A DNA stretch of 64,000 nt from the NCBI GenBank assembly GCA_965208325.1, contig OZ242326.1:2112001-2176000 (forward strand), given 5' to 3'. Positions 29,443 through 40,738 of this stretch are shown here, piece after piece. Within the stretch, counting starts at the first letter, position 1. Each line of letters begins with the position of its first letter. The notes beneath the pieces are model-generated. The model made no database searches, was not told where the DNA came from, and saw nothing but the letters and a program-made list of their open reading frames with translations. Made by a program: the position numbers and the translations under genes. This DNA comes from Candidatus Poribacteria bacterium (GTDB taxonomy: Bacteria > Poribacteria > WGA-4E > PCPOR2b).

Positions 29443-29877
29443 ATGCCACACGAATTCCACACTACACGGCGAATAGAATTCTCTGACACTGACATGGCTG
29501 GTATTGTCCATTTTTCCCGGTTTTTTGTGTTCATGGAAACCGCCGAACACGAATTTTTGCGTTCTTTGGGAACGAGCGTTACCACGGAATGGAATGGAGA
29601 TATTATCAGTTGGCCAAGGTTGGCAGCATCATGCGATTATCTCAAGCCAGCGAAATTTGAAGATGAACTGGACATCCAACTGACAGTTCATAGAAAGGGG
29701 ACCAAATCCCTCACCTACCGGTTCGTTTTTACGAAGGGCGATGTGGACATCGCTTGGGGCAAATTGTCCGTTGTGTGCTGTATCTGCAACCCCGGCGAAA
29801 AGGTGCGCGCCATCCCGATACCGGATTATATCGCTGACCATATTGAAGAAGCGCCACACACCGAATTGGACGGCTGA
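29443..29877 (+). CDS. Acyl-CoA thioesterase (4HBT hotdog fold)
   Basis: RRIEFSDTDMAGIVHFSRFF-FME. Confidence 0.88.
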   Translation: MPHEFHTTRRIEFSDTDMAGIVHFSRFFVFMETAEHEFLRSLGTSVTTEWNGDIISWPRLAASCDYLKPAKFEDELDIQLTVHRKGTKSLTYRFVFTKGDVDIAWGKLSVVCCICNPGEKVRAIPIPDYIADHIEEAPHTELDG

Positions 29878-29913
29878 CACTCAACTAGGGATGCAACAAC
29901 GAAGTCCTGAATT

Positions 29914-30603
29914 ATGACGACATCGGATTCAACCTCACTCAAAATCTCGGAAGTTTATAAGAACTTCGGGCATGAATCGCGTGAGGTCGAGGTGCTTCGC
30001 GGCGTTTCGCTCGAGATGGGCGGCGGCCAATCTCTTGCAATAACCGGCCCCTCCGGCTCCGGGAAAAGTACCTTACTGCACCTGATTGGCACGTTGGACA
30101 GACCGTCATCGGGGAAAATCGAAATCAACGATAAAGACCCGTTTGCGCTGCCAGAGCCGCAACTCGCCAAATTTCGGAACCGGGTAATTGGCTTTGTTTT
30201 TCAAGACCACCACCTGTTGCCGCAGTTTTCGGTTTTGGAAAATGTACTCATTCCCACCATGGCTTTTAAGCGGTACAACGGCGGCGCCGAAGCACGAGCG
30301 AAAATGCTGCTGGAAAGCGTTGGACTCACTCACCGACTGAGCCATCGTCCCCCCGAACTCTCCGGCGGGGAGTGCCAGCGTGTCGCTGTGGCACGCGCTC
30401 TCATTAATCGTCCGAGCCTGCTGCTCTGCGATGAACCCACGGGAAATCTTGACCGAGCTACGGCGGACACGGTCGCGTCGCTCCTATTTGAACTCCACGA
30501 GGTTGAGCAAAATATCCTGATTGTCGTAACACACAGCCTCGAACTTGCTAATCGACTTGGACGCTGTCTCGAACTGGAGGAAGGCACTTGCGTCGAAGTT
30601 TAA
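29914..30603 (+). CDS. ABC ATP-binding protein (LolD/MacB type)
   Basis: GPSGSGKS, LSGGECQR, CDEPTGNLD. Confidence 0.92.
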   Translation: MTTSDSTSLKISEVYKNFGHESREVEVLRGVSLEMGGGQSLAITGPSGSGKSTLLHLIGTLDRPSSGKIEINDKDPFALPEPQLAKFRNRVIGFVFQDHHLLPQFSVLENVLIPTMAFKRYNGGAEARAKMLLESVGLTHRLSHRPPELSGGECQRVAVARALINRPSLLLCDEPTGNLDRATADTVASLLFELHEVEQNILIVVTHSLELANRLGRCLELEEGTCVEV

Positions 30604-33600
30604 TCCATTTCTGGCGAATCCACCTCGCTGTGTTGATGGGTACGGCGGTAGCGACAGCAGTTCTCACCGGAGCGCTTCTCGTCGGCGATTCCGTTCGCGG
30701 CAGCTTGCGCGACTTAACGTTGGATCGATTGGGCGGAATTGATTATGCGTTGGTAACAGAACAGTTCATTCGAGAAGCGTTGGCGGCGGATTTATTGAAT
30801 CAGCCGGTATTTGCGGAGCAATTTGAAGACGCGGCACCCGCGATTCTTCTCGGCGGAACCGCTGTTAACGCCGACACACGCGCCCGTGCGTCTCGTGTCC
30901 AGATTCAGGGAATTGACGAACGATTTTTGAACCTGTGGACGACAGGCGAAGCAGCTAACCTAGGCGGATTTCTGGAAAAACAGCCAGGACAATCATTCCC
31001 ATCAGTCATTATTAACCGGTCCCTGCAGAGGGAATTAAAGGTCCAAGTCGGATCGCCCCTTTTAATCTCATTTGAAAGACAGAGCGATATCCATCGTGAG
31101 TTTTTACTTGGGCGCCGTGATTCTTCCGATGTCGTGCAGACTCTCCGACTCACCATTACGAACATCATCCCTGATCGAGGCCTCGGTAGATTCAGCCTAG
31201 ATTCAAGCCAATCCCTACCGTTTAATGCCTATGTCCATCTGCCCATATTACAAAACACGGTCGGGCAAGCGGAATCGGCAAACGCAGTCTTCATCTCTCA
31301 GTCTTCCCATTCGCCGCACTTCACAACCGACCTCCTAAAGTCCCTACATAGAGGGCTGCATCAGGTATTGAAACTCGAAGACCTTGGCCTGACGCTACGC
31401 CAGGGAAACGGTTATTTCGCACTTGAAAGCAAACAGTTCCTTCTCAAACCGTATGTCATTGAGGCCGCGAAAACGGTTGCCACCGAGCGGATTAACCGGG
31501 CAAATAGAACGGGCGATAGCCTTAAGATTCTCCCAATTCTGACATATTTGGCAAACACAATTGAAACCGGCCAACGGCGAGTTCCTTATTCGACGATTTC
31601 GGCGTTTAACCCGGTACACGCCGTGTCACTCCAATTGGCGGACGGTTCACCCGCACCCGCACTTGCCGAAGACGAAATATTTGTCAACGAGTGGGCTGCC
31701 GCAGATTTAGCCGCAAAGGTTGGAGACCAGATTGACGTGAGCTACTACGTTATGGGTGCTCGGGAAGAGCTACTAACACAGCACGCCCAATTCCGTTTGA
31801 AAGGTATTCTTGCTTTGGACGGCTTAGCGGCGGATCACGGCTTGACCCCGAATTTCCCAGGCGTCCACGACGCCGATGACATGTCCGACTGGAACGCTCC
31901 TTTTCCAATCGATCTGAGCCAAATCCGTTCCAAAGATGAACTCTACTGGGATCTGTTCCGTGCTACTCCCAAGGCGTTTGTTTCAGAAGAGGCGGGGCAG
32001 CGGTTGTGGCGAAGCCGATTTGGAAGTTTGACCGGAGTCTGGATTTTCCCGGCTTACCGCGGCGATGTCCAGCATGCTATAGCGGAATTTCAAGAGGGAT
32101 TATTGGAAATGATTCAGCCCGACCAGGTCGGTTTGGTGTTCAAGCCGGTCAAAGCGCAAGGTTTAAAAGCTGCCGCGGGCGCCACGGACTTCAGCATGCT
32201 GTTTATCGGGTTTAGTCTGTTTCTCATTGTGTCCGCAGTGCTCTTGGTGGGCTTGCTATTCAGGCTGGGCGTAGAGGGGCGGGCGGGTGAGATAGGGTTG
32301 TTGTTGTCTTCGGGCTACGCCGTCTCCACCATCCGTTGGCGTTTTATGAAAGAGGGTTGTTGGCTCGCCGGGATCGGCGGTGCGATTGGTCTCGGCGGCG
32401 GTGTATCATACGCATGGCTCGTAATGGCAGGCTTGCGAAGCTGGTGGCTGGCGGCGGTCGGCACGCCTTTTCTGGTACTTCACATCAGCCCGTTGAGTTT
32501 GGCGCTTGGTTACTTATTCGGTATATTTGCGGTTCTATTTTCAATCTGCTGGACGGTTCGAAAATTCGGCAAATTACCAGTTCGAGCGCTGCTTGCCGGT
32601 GATGCAATTTTAGAGTACAAGACCGCCGGACGAATTGCACCGATTATCGCCTTCGGCGGCTTGGGGCTCGCCGCAGGTTTAATCATATTTGCCGTAGTTT
32701 CCGGAAGGACATCGTCAGCGGCGCTATTTTTCGGAAGCGGCGCGCTACTACTAACTGCCGGGCTGGCTTTCTTCTCAATGCGGCTCCGAGCTTCCTCTTA
32801 CTCGCTTTCCGGCAGCCAAAAGCTGAGAATTGTGCGGATGGGTGTACGCGATAGCGCGCGCCGCAAGGGGCGGAGTATGCTCTGCGCGGCGCTGGTTGGC
32901 TGCGCCTGCTTTGTGATTGTTGCCGCCGGCGCCAATCGGCACAGCGGCGCGCGACATGATATCCTGCTGCAGGAAGAATCGGGATCGGGCGGATTCGCGT
33001 TGACTGCGGAATCAGATGTCCCGCTGCATCACAACTTAAACACGGAGGAAGGGCGATTTGAACTCGGGTTCTCTGAATCGGACGCGGCAATGGTAAATCA
33101 GTCCGAGATAACCCAGTTGCGGCTCTTGCCCGGGGAGGATGTCAGTTGTTTGAACCTCTACAAACCTAGAAAACCTCGCATCTTGGGCGTTCCCGCCGAG
33201 TTTATCGAACGCGGCGGGTTTCAGTTCCAAAAGGCGTTGTCAACAACGCCTGAGGTCAGCGCAAACCCGTGGCGTGCGCTTGAGGTTGAGGAGGAAACCG
33301 GCGTAATTCCAGCCATCGGTGATTACAACTCTGTCCTCTGGATTTTGCATCTCGGTCTTGGCGAGGATTTGATTATTCAGGACGAATTTGGAGAGTCGTT
33401 AACGTTGCGATTGGTAGGGCTTTTGCGAAGTAGCATCTTTCAGAGCGAACTGTTAATTTCTGAAGCAAATTTCAAGAAACACTTCCCCAGCCAAAGCGGA
33501 TATTCGTATTTCTTAATCCAGCCGCCCGTGGGAAAAAGTGCCGCATACGAGGGTAGCGGAGCACCTGTAGAAATTGCGCAGATTTTGGAAAACACGTTGA

Positions 33601-34049
33601 GCGATTACGGTTTTGATGTCACTTCAACGGCGGAAAAATTAGCTAACTATCGTGCCGTTGAAAACACATACCTCTCGACTTTCCAGACACTCGGCGGACT
33701 TGGGTTGCTTCTTGGGACATTGGGGTTAGCGGTTGTTCTTCTGAGGAACGTTATTGAACGACGGGGCGAACTGGCGACCTTGCGTGCGTTCGGTTTTCGC
33801 CGCTCAACCATATCCACAATGCTTCTGGCGGAAAATGCATTTCTGCTTGGAGTCAGCATATTGATCGGTAGTCTTTCCGCGATTGCGGCGGTATCTCCGC
33901 ACGTTTTCAGTCCTGCCGGCGCACATATTCCTTGGCTTTCGCTCGCAAGCACTCTAATTGCGGTGTTTCTGGTTGGAATCATTGCGAGCGCCGTATCAGT
34001 TTTCTACGCGCTGCGATCGCCCTTGCTACCCGTACTCAAAGCGGAGTAG
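30588..34049 (+). CDS. Large FtsX/MacB-type ABC permease (1153 aa)
   Basis: Two FtsX-like transmembrane blocks (E-RAGEIGLL; ERRGELATLRAFGF) with large periplasmic domains. Confidence 0.85.
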   Translation: MRRSLIHFWRIHLAVLMGTAVATAVLTGALLVGDSVRGSLRDLTLDRLGGIDYALVTEQFIREALAADLLNQPVFAEQFEDAAPAILLGGTAVNADTRARASRVQIQGIDERFLNLWTTGEAANLGGFLEKQPGQSFPSVIINRSLQRELKVQVGSPLLISFERQSDIHREFLLGRRDSSDVVQTLRLTITNIIPDRGLGRFSLDSSQSLPFNAYVHLPILQNTVGQAESANAVFISQSSHSPHFTTDLLKSLHRGLHQVLKLEDLGLTLRQGNGYFALESKQFLLKPYVIEAAKTVATERINRANRTGDSLKILPILTYLANTIETGQRRVPYSTISAFNPVHAVSLQLADGSPAPALAEDEIFVNEWAAADLAAKVGDQIDVSYYVMGAREELLTQHAQFRLKGILALDGLAADHGLTPNFPGVHDADDMSDWNAPFPIDLSQIRSKDELYWDLFRATPKAFVSEEAGQRLWRSRFGSLTGVWIFPAYRGDVQHAIAEFQEGLLEMIQPDQVGLVFKPVKAQGLKAAAGATDFSMLFIGFSLFLIVSAVLLVGLLFRLGVEGRAGEIGLLLSSGYAVSTIRWRFMKEGCWLAGIGGAIGLGGGVSYAWLVMAGLRSWWLAAVGTPFLVLHISPLSLALGYLFGIFAVLFSICWTVRKFGKLPVRALLAGDAILEYKTAGRIAPIIAFGGLGLAAGLIIFAVVSGRTSSAALFFGSGALLLTAGLAFFSMRLRASSYSLSGSQKLRIVRMGVRDSARRKGRSMLCAALVGCACFVIVAAGANRHSGARHDILLQEESGSGGFALTAESDVPLHHNLNTEEGRFELGFSESDAAMVNQSEITQLRLLPGEDVSCLNLYKPRKPRILGVPAEFIERGGFQFQKALSTTPEVSANPWRALEVEEETGVIPAIGDYNSVLWILHLGLGEDLIIQDEFGESLTLRLVGLLRSSIFQSELLISEANFKKHFPSQSGYSYFLIQPPVGKSAAYEGSGAPVEIAQILENTLSDYGFDVTSTAEKLANYRAVENTYLSTFQTLGGLGLLLGTLGLAVVLLRNVIERRGELATLRAFGFRRSTISTMLLAENAFLLGVSILIGSLSAIAAVSPHVFSPAGAHIPWLSLASTLIAVFLVGIIASAVSVFYALRSPLLPVLKAE

Positions 34050-34148
34050 ATGAAGAAAATGAGCGTGAACGTTGAACGGCGAAGACCGCTTCGAGATCAA
34101 CTACTAAACCGTCAAAACGCCGAAGACTCGATTGGCGCAGGTTTTCGC

Positions 34149-34177
34149 TTGACACCAAGTTGATTTTAGCGTATGAT
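34149..34177 (+). promoter_or_regulatory. Sigma70-type promoter for the porin and binding-protein genes
   Basis: TTGACA-17 bp-TATGAT, about 195 bp upstream of ATG 34372. Confidence 0.65.
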
Positions 34178-34371
34178 GGACTCCTCTCTATTTGAGACAC
34201 GCGGCATGTAATGAAACATGTTGTACACAAACCTATATGGTAACCGAGACGCAACGTTTGCTACCCCTACCCACGACTTTCACGCCAAATCGTACCGTTC
34301 CAAATAACCGTGAAACCAATAACAACTCTCCCATGACGTTTCTGCGTCAAGGGACTTAAAAGGAGATTTGA

Positions 34372-35598
34372 ATGCAAATTGACTTAAGGCGGCAATTGTG
34401 GCTTATCACATTTGCCGCATTGTTAATGGGTGCTACAGTTGTCTTCGCTGATCAGACAAAAAAAGGATCAGACATTCAATTTTACGGGTTTCTGCGAATG
34501 GATGCCGCCTACGATTCTTCACGGTTGAGCGACACACAGGTTCCCGCTTACGTTCTCTGTGAAGACCCCAAAGCGCTCGCAGCCAAAGGCGTAAAAGCGG
34601 CGCCTGAGAACCAAGATGAATTCACGCTCTACACGCGCATGACCCGCCTCGGCTTTAACCTGACAGGCGCGAAGGTCAAGGGGATGGGAGCCCCGAAACT
34701 CACCGGACGCATGGAGGTTGATTTCTATGGTCCGGCGTCGGATTCGCGAAACATGTTTCGCATGCGCCACGCTTGGTTGAAACTTCAATGGGGCGATTTT
34801 TCTGTGCTTGCCGGACAGACTGTTGACCTAATATCGCCGCTCTACCCGATAGCGAATGACGATATGATACTCTGGGGCGCCGGCAACCTCGCAGACCGAA
34901 GACCTCAAGCCCGTTTACAGTACGCCCTGCCCATTGGCGAGTCACGCCTGTTTCTGCAGGGGGCGGCAGGGTTGACCAGCGCGATTGACCGGAAAGACCT
35001 CGACGGAAACGGTGTAACCGACGGGGAAGTTTCCGGGCGACCGACGTTGCAGGGACGCGCCGCCTATCAAATGCCGGTGTGGGACACAAACAGTCCTCTA
35101 GAAGTTGGCGTCTGGGCGCACCAAGCGTGGGAGGAACTAGACTCGCCACTTGCCGAAGGCGGCGAGACAGAATTCCAGAGCAACGTGGTTGGTGTTGATG
35201 TAAAACTGCCGATTTACCAAGACCGGCTTGCGTTGAGCGCCGAAGGTTGGACCGGCAAGAACCTGAGCGACGTTCGGGGTGGTATCTTCCAGGGTATCAA
35301 CACCGAAACCAACGCGGAAATCAACGCGATGGGCGGATTCGCTCAATTGAGTGCAACCGTCATTAAGAAGCAGAACTACAAAAACGTCATTTTCTTGGGG
35401 GCATCGGTCGACAACCCCGAAGACGAAGATCTTAGCAACGGCGGTCGTAGTCTGAACCGTGTCTTTTTCATCGTACAACAGTCGAGTTTCGGGCCCGTGG
35501 TAATTAACTTGGAGTACCTCAACTGGACTACCGAGTATAAGGGATTCGAAGACGGTACGAGTGACCGAGTCAGATTATATGCCGCATACAAGTTTTAA
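34372..35598 (+). CDS. Outer-membrane beta-barrel porin (DcaP-like)
   Basis: Signal peptide, FYGFLRMD, TRLGF, MRHAW, LAGQT, C-terminal YKF. Confidence 0.72.
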   Translation: MQIDLRRQLWLITFAALLMGATVVFADQTKKGSDIQFYGFLRMDAAYDSSRLSDTQVPAYVLCEDPKALAAKGVKAAPENQDEFTLYTRMTRLGFNLTGAKVKGMGAPKLTGRMEVDFYGPASDSRNMFRMRHAWLKLQWGDFSVLAGQTVDLISPLYPIANDDMILWGAGNLADRRPQARLQYALPIGESRLFLQGAAGLTSAIDRKDLDGNGVTDGEVSGRPTLQGRAAYQMPVWDTNSPLEVGVWAHQAWEELDSPLAEGGETEFQSNVVGVDVKLPIYQDRLALSAEGWTGKNLSDVRGGIFQGINTETNAEINAMGGFAQLSATVIKKQNYKNVIFLGASVDNPEDEDLSNGGRSLNRVFFIVQQSSFGPVVINLEYLNWTTEYKGFEDGTSDRVRLYAAYKF

Positions 35599-35679
35599 TC
35601 GTTGATGGTCCGCAGAAGAATTCATTTTTGCGGACCATCAGATGTTGTCAAAATTCATAACACAAGAAGGGATTATCAA

Positions 35680-36558
35680 ATGATATTTTTATTCAAATCG
35701 TTTCAGAAAATTGGGACAATGCTGCTATTAACTATCCTTTGCACTTTCACGGCGTGGAGTGCGGATTTAACCTTCACCGCCATTCCGGACCAGGACACTA
35801 CCCGCCTGCAGAAGCGTTTCGGCAAGATTGCCGCTTACCTATCGGAAGAGTTGGGGATTACGGTAAAATACGTACCCGTGAAATCCTACAGCGCCTCGGT
35901 TCAAGCGTTCAAGAACAACGAGGTTCAACTGGCTTGGTTCGGCGGGTTGTCAGGTGTTAAAGCCCGCATCGCAGTTCCCGATTCCGTCGCCATCGCGCAG
36001 GGCGCGGAGGATCCCGATTTCATCTCCTATTTCATCGCCAACACGAGCACAGGTTTATCGTTCTCGGAAGCATTCCCGAAAGCCATAAAGGACAAGACAT
36101 TCACATTCGGCTCCAAGGGCTCGACATCGGGCCGCCTCATGCCGGAGTATTTTATCCGAGAGGCGTATGGGATGGCGCCCCGCGAAATTTTCAAGCGAGT
36201 CGGCTTCAGCGGCGACCACTCCAAAACCCTAGCTCTGGTTCAAGCCGGCAGCTATGAAGTCGGCGCGATGAATTACAAGGTGTGGCGGAAGGAGGTCGAT
36301 GCAGGCAAAGTTGACCCAAACAAGGTGCAGGTGATTTGGCGCACTCCGGGTTACCCGGACTACAACTGGACGATTCGCGGCGATGTCGAAGAAACGTACG
36401 GCGAAGATTTTATCAAAAGAGTTCAGCAAGCCCTTCTCGACATCACGGACCCTGCCATACTTGACGCTTTTCCGCGATCCAGCTTCATCCCTGCCGATAA
36501 TTCGATGTACAAGACTATCCTTGACACCGCTATTGAAGTTGGAATCATTAGAAAATAG
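35680..36558 (+). CDS. PhnD-like ABC substrate-binding protein, 'putative selenate' subtype
   Basis: FTAIPDQD, LAWFGGLSGV-AR, FTFGS-GSTSGRLMP, GFSGDH, YPDYNW. Confidence 0.8.
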   Translation: MIFLFKSFQKIGTMLLLTILCTFTAWSADLTFTAIPDQDTTRLQKRFGKIAAYLSEELGITVKYVPVKSYSASVQAFKNNEVQLAWFGGLSGVKARIAVPDSVAIAQGAEDPDFISYFIANTSTGLSFSEAFPKAIKDKTFTFGSKGSTSGRLMPEYFIREAYGMAPREIFKRVGFSGDHSKTLALVQAGSYEVGAMNYKVWRKEVDAGKVDPNKVQVIWRTPGYPDYNWTIRGDVEETYGEDFIKRVQQALLDITDPAILDAFPRSSFIPADNSMYKTILDTAIEVGIIRK

Positions 36559-36614
36559 CTGAAGGTGTGTTTTGAATTGCCTTAAAGACCGTTTTTTTTA
36601 ATTTAAGATTCACG

Positions 36615-36800
36615 CGTAGATTGGGTTGAACAGCAAAAAGCAAATCTCTCTGAAGGCATCCATCAGAAGCCCGCGAAAGCCACCAGCGAATCGTGTAAAC
36701 GCGCAGTAAAGAACACGATTTAATTGTTGAAGTTTTCTCCCATTCTGGAACAGTTCTAATTGCCGGAGAGTTTTCACTATTGACGTTGACCCAATCTTCG
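36615..36800. repeat. Degenerate REPIN-like inverted pair
   Basis: CGTAGATTGGGTTGAAC ... GTTGACCCAATCTTCG. Confidence 0.45.
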
Positions 36801-36940
36801 TGGAAATCGCGTTCAGCCGCCTAACGAATTACCGAAAAACACGCAAAACTGGCTGGCAGTGCTATAATCCTTTTCCGGAAATCGAATCGGATTTACCGGA
36901 TTTTCCCAATAACCTTCAATCATAGAATGAATTTTAAAAA

Positions 36941-39934
36941 ATGGAAACTACTCGGATTCCAGAAGTAAACTTGCGTCCCGGCGATCAACTGCACGGTTTT
37001 GAAGTAAAAGCCGTCACGCCGATTGACGAGTTGCGGGCGGTAAACATTGTATTGACACATCCGCATAGCGGCGCTCGCCTGCTGCATCTCTACACAAACG
37101 ACACTGAAAATCTCTTCTCTATCAATTTTCCGACGCCGCCATCGGACGATACTGGCGTACCCCATATCCTTGAACACGCGGTTTTGGCAGGGTCACACAA
37201 ATTTCCGGTTAAAGAACCATTTTTTGAAATGGTTAAAATGAGCATGGCAACCTTTATTAATGCCATGACAGGCGAGGATTTTACCTGCTATCCGGTGTCA
37301 AGCAATGTAAAAAAAGATCTCTTCAACTTAGCAGAGGTGTATTTCGACGCGGTCTTTCATCCGTTATTGACGGAAAATACTTTCAAACGTGAAGGACATC
37401 ACCTTGCGCCCGTTGATCCCGATATCCCCACTGGCGATCTGAAGATAACAGGTATTGTCTACAATGAGATGAAAGGGGAATTCTCAGATCCCGAAGCTCG
37501 GTTATACCGATCGGTGATGTGCAAGCTCCTTCCTGATACGCTCTACGCCTACGAATCTGGCGGCGATCCAGATGCCATTCCGGATTTGACATACGCGCAG
37601 CTCAAAGCGTTCCATGAAACCTATTACCACCCAAGCAACGGCTATTTTGTCCTCTACGGCGACATTCCAACGAGCGAGTATCTTGCCTTCCTTGCTGATA
37701 AGTTAGATAACATCCCGAAAAACGCCGCGACCGATGTTTTGCGTCCATTGCGGCCGGAGGTCACACACCAACCGAAGTGGAATGCTCCGAGGGATGTAAC
37801 GAATAGCTATCCTGTCGGGGCGGATGAGCCGCTTACGGAAAAGACCTATCTCATGCTCAGTTGGATTATCGGGGATGCAACCAACCCAGAAGAGGTCGTC
37901 TTGGGTCGTATCCTGAGTCTCATTTTGCTCGGCAATGAAGCGGCGCCTCTTCGTAAGGCGATTATTGATTCCAACCTCGGTGCCGACATGATATTTTCCG
38001 GAGCCGGTTCAATTGGACCCGCAGCCACTTTTGACATCGGACTCAAAGGGAGCGAAGCGGATCGGGTTGAAGCGTTTACGACACTGGTGTACGACACCCT
38101 AACACAGATTGCAGATTCAGGAATTGCTAGCGAAAGGGTGGAAGCAGCCTTTCAACAAGCGACCTATCACTATCAAGAGGTCGCGTCAATGTTCCCGCTC
38201 CATATGCACTACCGTGCCATCCAAGGTTGGATATATGAAAAAGAGCCCGATACCTTCCTGAACATGGGGCAATGCCTCGCTGATGTGCGCGAACAGTGGC
38301 TGGAAAATCCATCAATATTCAACCAGTTAATCCGAGAAAACCTTATTGAAAACCCGCATCGCCTGACAAATATACTATCCCCTGACCGGGACATGCAGGC
38401 GAAAACGGACGCTGAACTCGCCGAACGGATGAAGGAGACGCGGGCACGGCTGACTGATGAGGAAGTCCGGCGAATTGCCGCTGATGCTGCCGAGCTTGAA
38501 CGGCTTAATGGCCTCCCAAATTCGCCGGAAGCACTCGCCAACCTGCCGCAACTCCTAGTCAGTAATCTCCCTGAAAAACCGAAACATATTCCTACAACGA
38601 TTGAAAATGTGAGAGGCCAGGTGTTGCTCCACAACGATGTTTTTGCCAACGGCGTTAACTACCTCGTGCTGAACCTCGATCTGCGAGGGTTGCCCGAGCA
38701 TCTCTGGACTTTTCTACCCAGATATGCTGATGCTATTGGCAAACTCGGTGCGGCTGATATGAGCTATGAAGAGATGGCGCAGCGGACATCTTCATTCACC
38801 GGTGGCATTGGATGCGCACCGTGGTTTTCTACAAACGCTCTTGACCCTAGTCGTGCCACGCAGGGTATGTTCTTTCACCTTAAAGCACTTGACAACAGAA
38901 TGGATGCCGCACTGGATGTCTTGTACGATTTACTTTTCGCTGTGAATCCACGCGATACGGAACGTCTCCGCGATGTCATGGTTCAAGCGGTTGCGAATTA
39001 TCAGACTGAAATGATCCATGACGGCTCAAGTACCGCGATTCATCACGCTTCACGCGGACTCTCATCGAACGCGCATCTTGCTGAAACCATCTATGGACTG
39101 CCTCAACTCCGCAATAGCGAAACGTTGCTTGACAGTTTTGACGAACTTAGCACCGGACTTATGCGGCATATAGAAGGGATTCGCGATTTTCTGTTAACAC
39201 GTGGACGGGTAACCGCAAGTTTCACCGGCTCCGATCCTGCGTTTGAAACAACGCGAACCAAACTCAGTGGGTGGCTTGACGCGATGCGGGATGAACCTGT
39301 TTCTTCAGCATCAATTACATTCCAGCCGTTTGGAACGCCGCCACGAGAAGGATTAGCCGGTCCCATCCAGATTGCGCACTGCGCCCACGTGATGCCGGCA
39401 CCGCACTATTCGCATCCGGATTCAGCGCTGCTGACGATCGGTGCACATCTCATTCGGCTGGATTACATACTGAGCGAGATCCGATTTAAAGGAAATGCTT
39501 ACGGGGCAAGGTTTTCCTATAGTCCTTATGATTCGGTGCTGTGCCAATCTTCATACCGAGATCCACACGTCGCCCGCACGGTCAATGTCTTCGATCAGAC
39601 CGTAGACTATGTTAAACAGGTGGAATGGACGCAGGTAGACATAGACCGGGCGATTATCGCTACGGCAAAAGACGGCGAGAAACCGATTCGTCCTAGTCAA
39701 GCTACAAGCGACGCGCTGAGGCAACATCTTGTTGGGCAAACACGCGATATGCGCGAGGAACGCTACGCGCAACTCCGGCGTGCCACCCCAGTAAAAGTGA
39801 AACGCGCATTGCTTCAACTCTTGGAGGGAAGCGGAGATAAGGCTGCGGTGTGCGTCGTTTCGAGCCGCGAGAAACTGGAAGCAGCGAACAGCGAACTGGT
39901 GCAACCTCTCGTTATTGAAGATATTTTAGCCTAA
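36941..39934 (+). CDS. M16C (presequence protease / insulinase-family) zinc peptidase
   Basis: GVPHILEH (HxxEH), FINAMT, GIVYNEMKG, YHPSN, IRFKGNAYG. Confidence 0.93.
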   Translation: METTRIPEVNLRPGDQLHGFEVKAVTPIDELRAVNIVLTHPHSGARLLHLYTNDTENLFSINFPTPPSDDTGVPHILEHAVLAGSHKFPVKEPFFEMVKMSMATFINAMTGEDFTCYPVSSNVKKDLFNLAEVYFDAVFHPLLTENTFKREGHHLAPVDPDIPTGDLKITGIVYNEMKGEFSDPEARLYRSVMCKLLPDTLYAYESGGDPDAIPDLTYAQLKAFHETYYHPSNGYFVLYGDIPTSEYLAFLADKLDNIPKNAATDVLRPLRPEVTHQPKWNAPRDVTNSYPVGADEPLTEKTYLMLSWIIGDATNPEEVVLGRILSLILLGNEAAPLRKAIIDSNLGADMIFSGAGSIGPAATFDIGLKGSEADRVEAFTTLVYDTLTQIADSGIASERVEAAFQQATYHYQEVASMFPLHMHYRAIQGWIYEKEPDTFLNMGQCLADVREQWLENPSIFNQLIRENLIENPHRLTNILSPDRDMQAKTDAELAERMKETRARLTDEEVRRIAADAAELERLNGLPNSPEALANLPQLLVSNLPEKPKHIPTTIENVRGQVLLHNDVFANGVNYLVLNLDLRGLPEHLWTFLPRYADAIGKLGAADMSYEEMAQRTSSFTGGIGCAPWFSTNALDPSRATQGMFFHLKALDNRMDAALDVLYDLLFAVNPRDTERLRDVMVQAVANYQTEMIHDGSSTAIHHASRGLSSNAHLAETIYGLPQLRNSETLLDSFDELSTGLMRHIEGIRDFLLTRGRVTASFTGSDPAFETTRTKLSGWLDAMRDEPVSSASITFQPFGTPPREGLAGPIQIAHCAHVMPAPHYSHPDSALLTIGAHLIRLDYILSEIRFKGNAYGARFSYSPYDSVLCQSSYRDPHVARTVNVFDQTVDYVKQVEWTQVDIDRAIIATAKDGEKPIRPSQATSDALRQHLVGQTRDMREERYAQLRRATPVKVKRALLQLLEGSGDKAAVCVVSSREKLEAANSELVQPLVIEDILA

Positions 39935-40265
39935 ACCTGTTTATGCAAGCACATCTCTGCTTGGTCGGCGTGTTTAAAAAACCACGCGGCATTTAAAATG
40001 GAAAGTGAATGGCATTACAGCGGACTTTGAATATGATCCAAGCAGAATTACGTGCTTACCTTGAGCGTCTTATTCATCGTACCGAACGGGGAAACCATGA
40101 ATCGTTGCGATTGACGGCGGTTCGGTTTGTCAAACATGTTTGATCAGTCTCTGTCGCAACTGAATTAGGTTGATAGGAAATAGGCAGATAACGTATCATT
40201 GATTCATCTGGCACTTCAGTTCGTGGTTTTATGATTGCCGACTTATCCATAAAGGACATATCCCG

Positions 40266-40478
40266 ATGACAGCACGACTTGAACAAGCTTTCACAGAAGT
40301 CTCAAAACTCTCCCCAAAGGAACAAGATGCAATAGCGGATTGGTTGCTTGCTGAGCTTGAATCCGAAAGGCGATGGGATAAGCGATTTGCAGATTCTCAA
40401 GACATATTACCCAAGCTGGCCGGAGAAGCACTTGCCGAACATCGCAAAGGTCAAACTCAAGAATCAGATCAAATATGA
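40266..40478 (+). CDS. Small putative antitoxin of a ParE/RelE-like module
   Basis: MTARLEQAF...EQDAIADWLLAELESERRWD..F...LAGEAL; ATGA overlap with the toxin-like gene. Confidence 0.65.
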   Translation: MTARLEQAFTEVSKLSPKEQDAIADWLLAELESERRWDKRFADSQDILPKLAGEALAEHRKGQTQESDQI

Positions 40479-40738
40479 ATTCAAAAACGACAAAATATTT
40501 TCGCTAGATTCCTGCAACATTACCGAGCTACATTCGACACCAGCCGAGGAAAGCCAATACGCATTTCCGGGAGAATCCAAACCATCCAAGCCTTCGGTTC
40601 AAAAAGATACATACCACTGAACCGATTTGTTCCGCTCGTATCAATATGAACTATCGGGTGGTTGGAGTCGTTGATGACGGAGTGATTGTTTGGTTCTGGA
40701 TTGGAACACACGCTGACTATGATGAACTGATTCAGTAG
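40475..40738 (+). pseudogene. ParE/RelE-like toxin with an internal TAG at codon 11
   Basis: MNSKTTKYFR*IPATLP...NPNHPSLRFKKI...SARINMNYRVVG...WFWIGTHADYD; TAG at 40505-40507. Confidence 0.8.
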
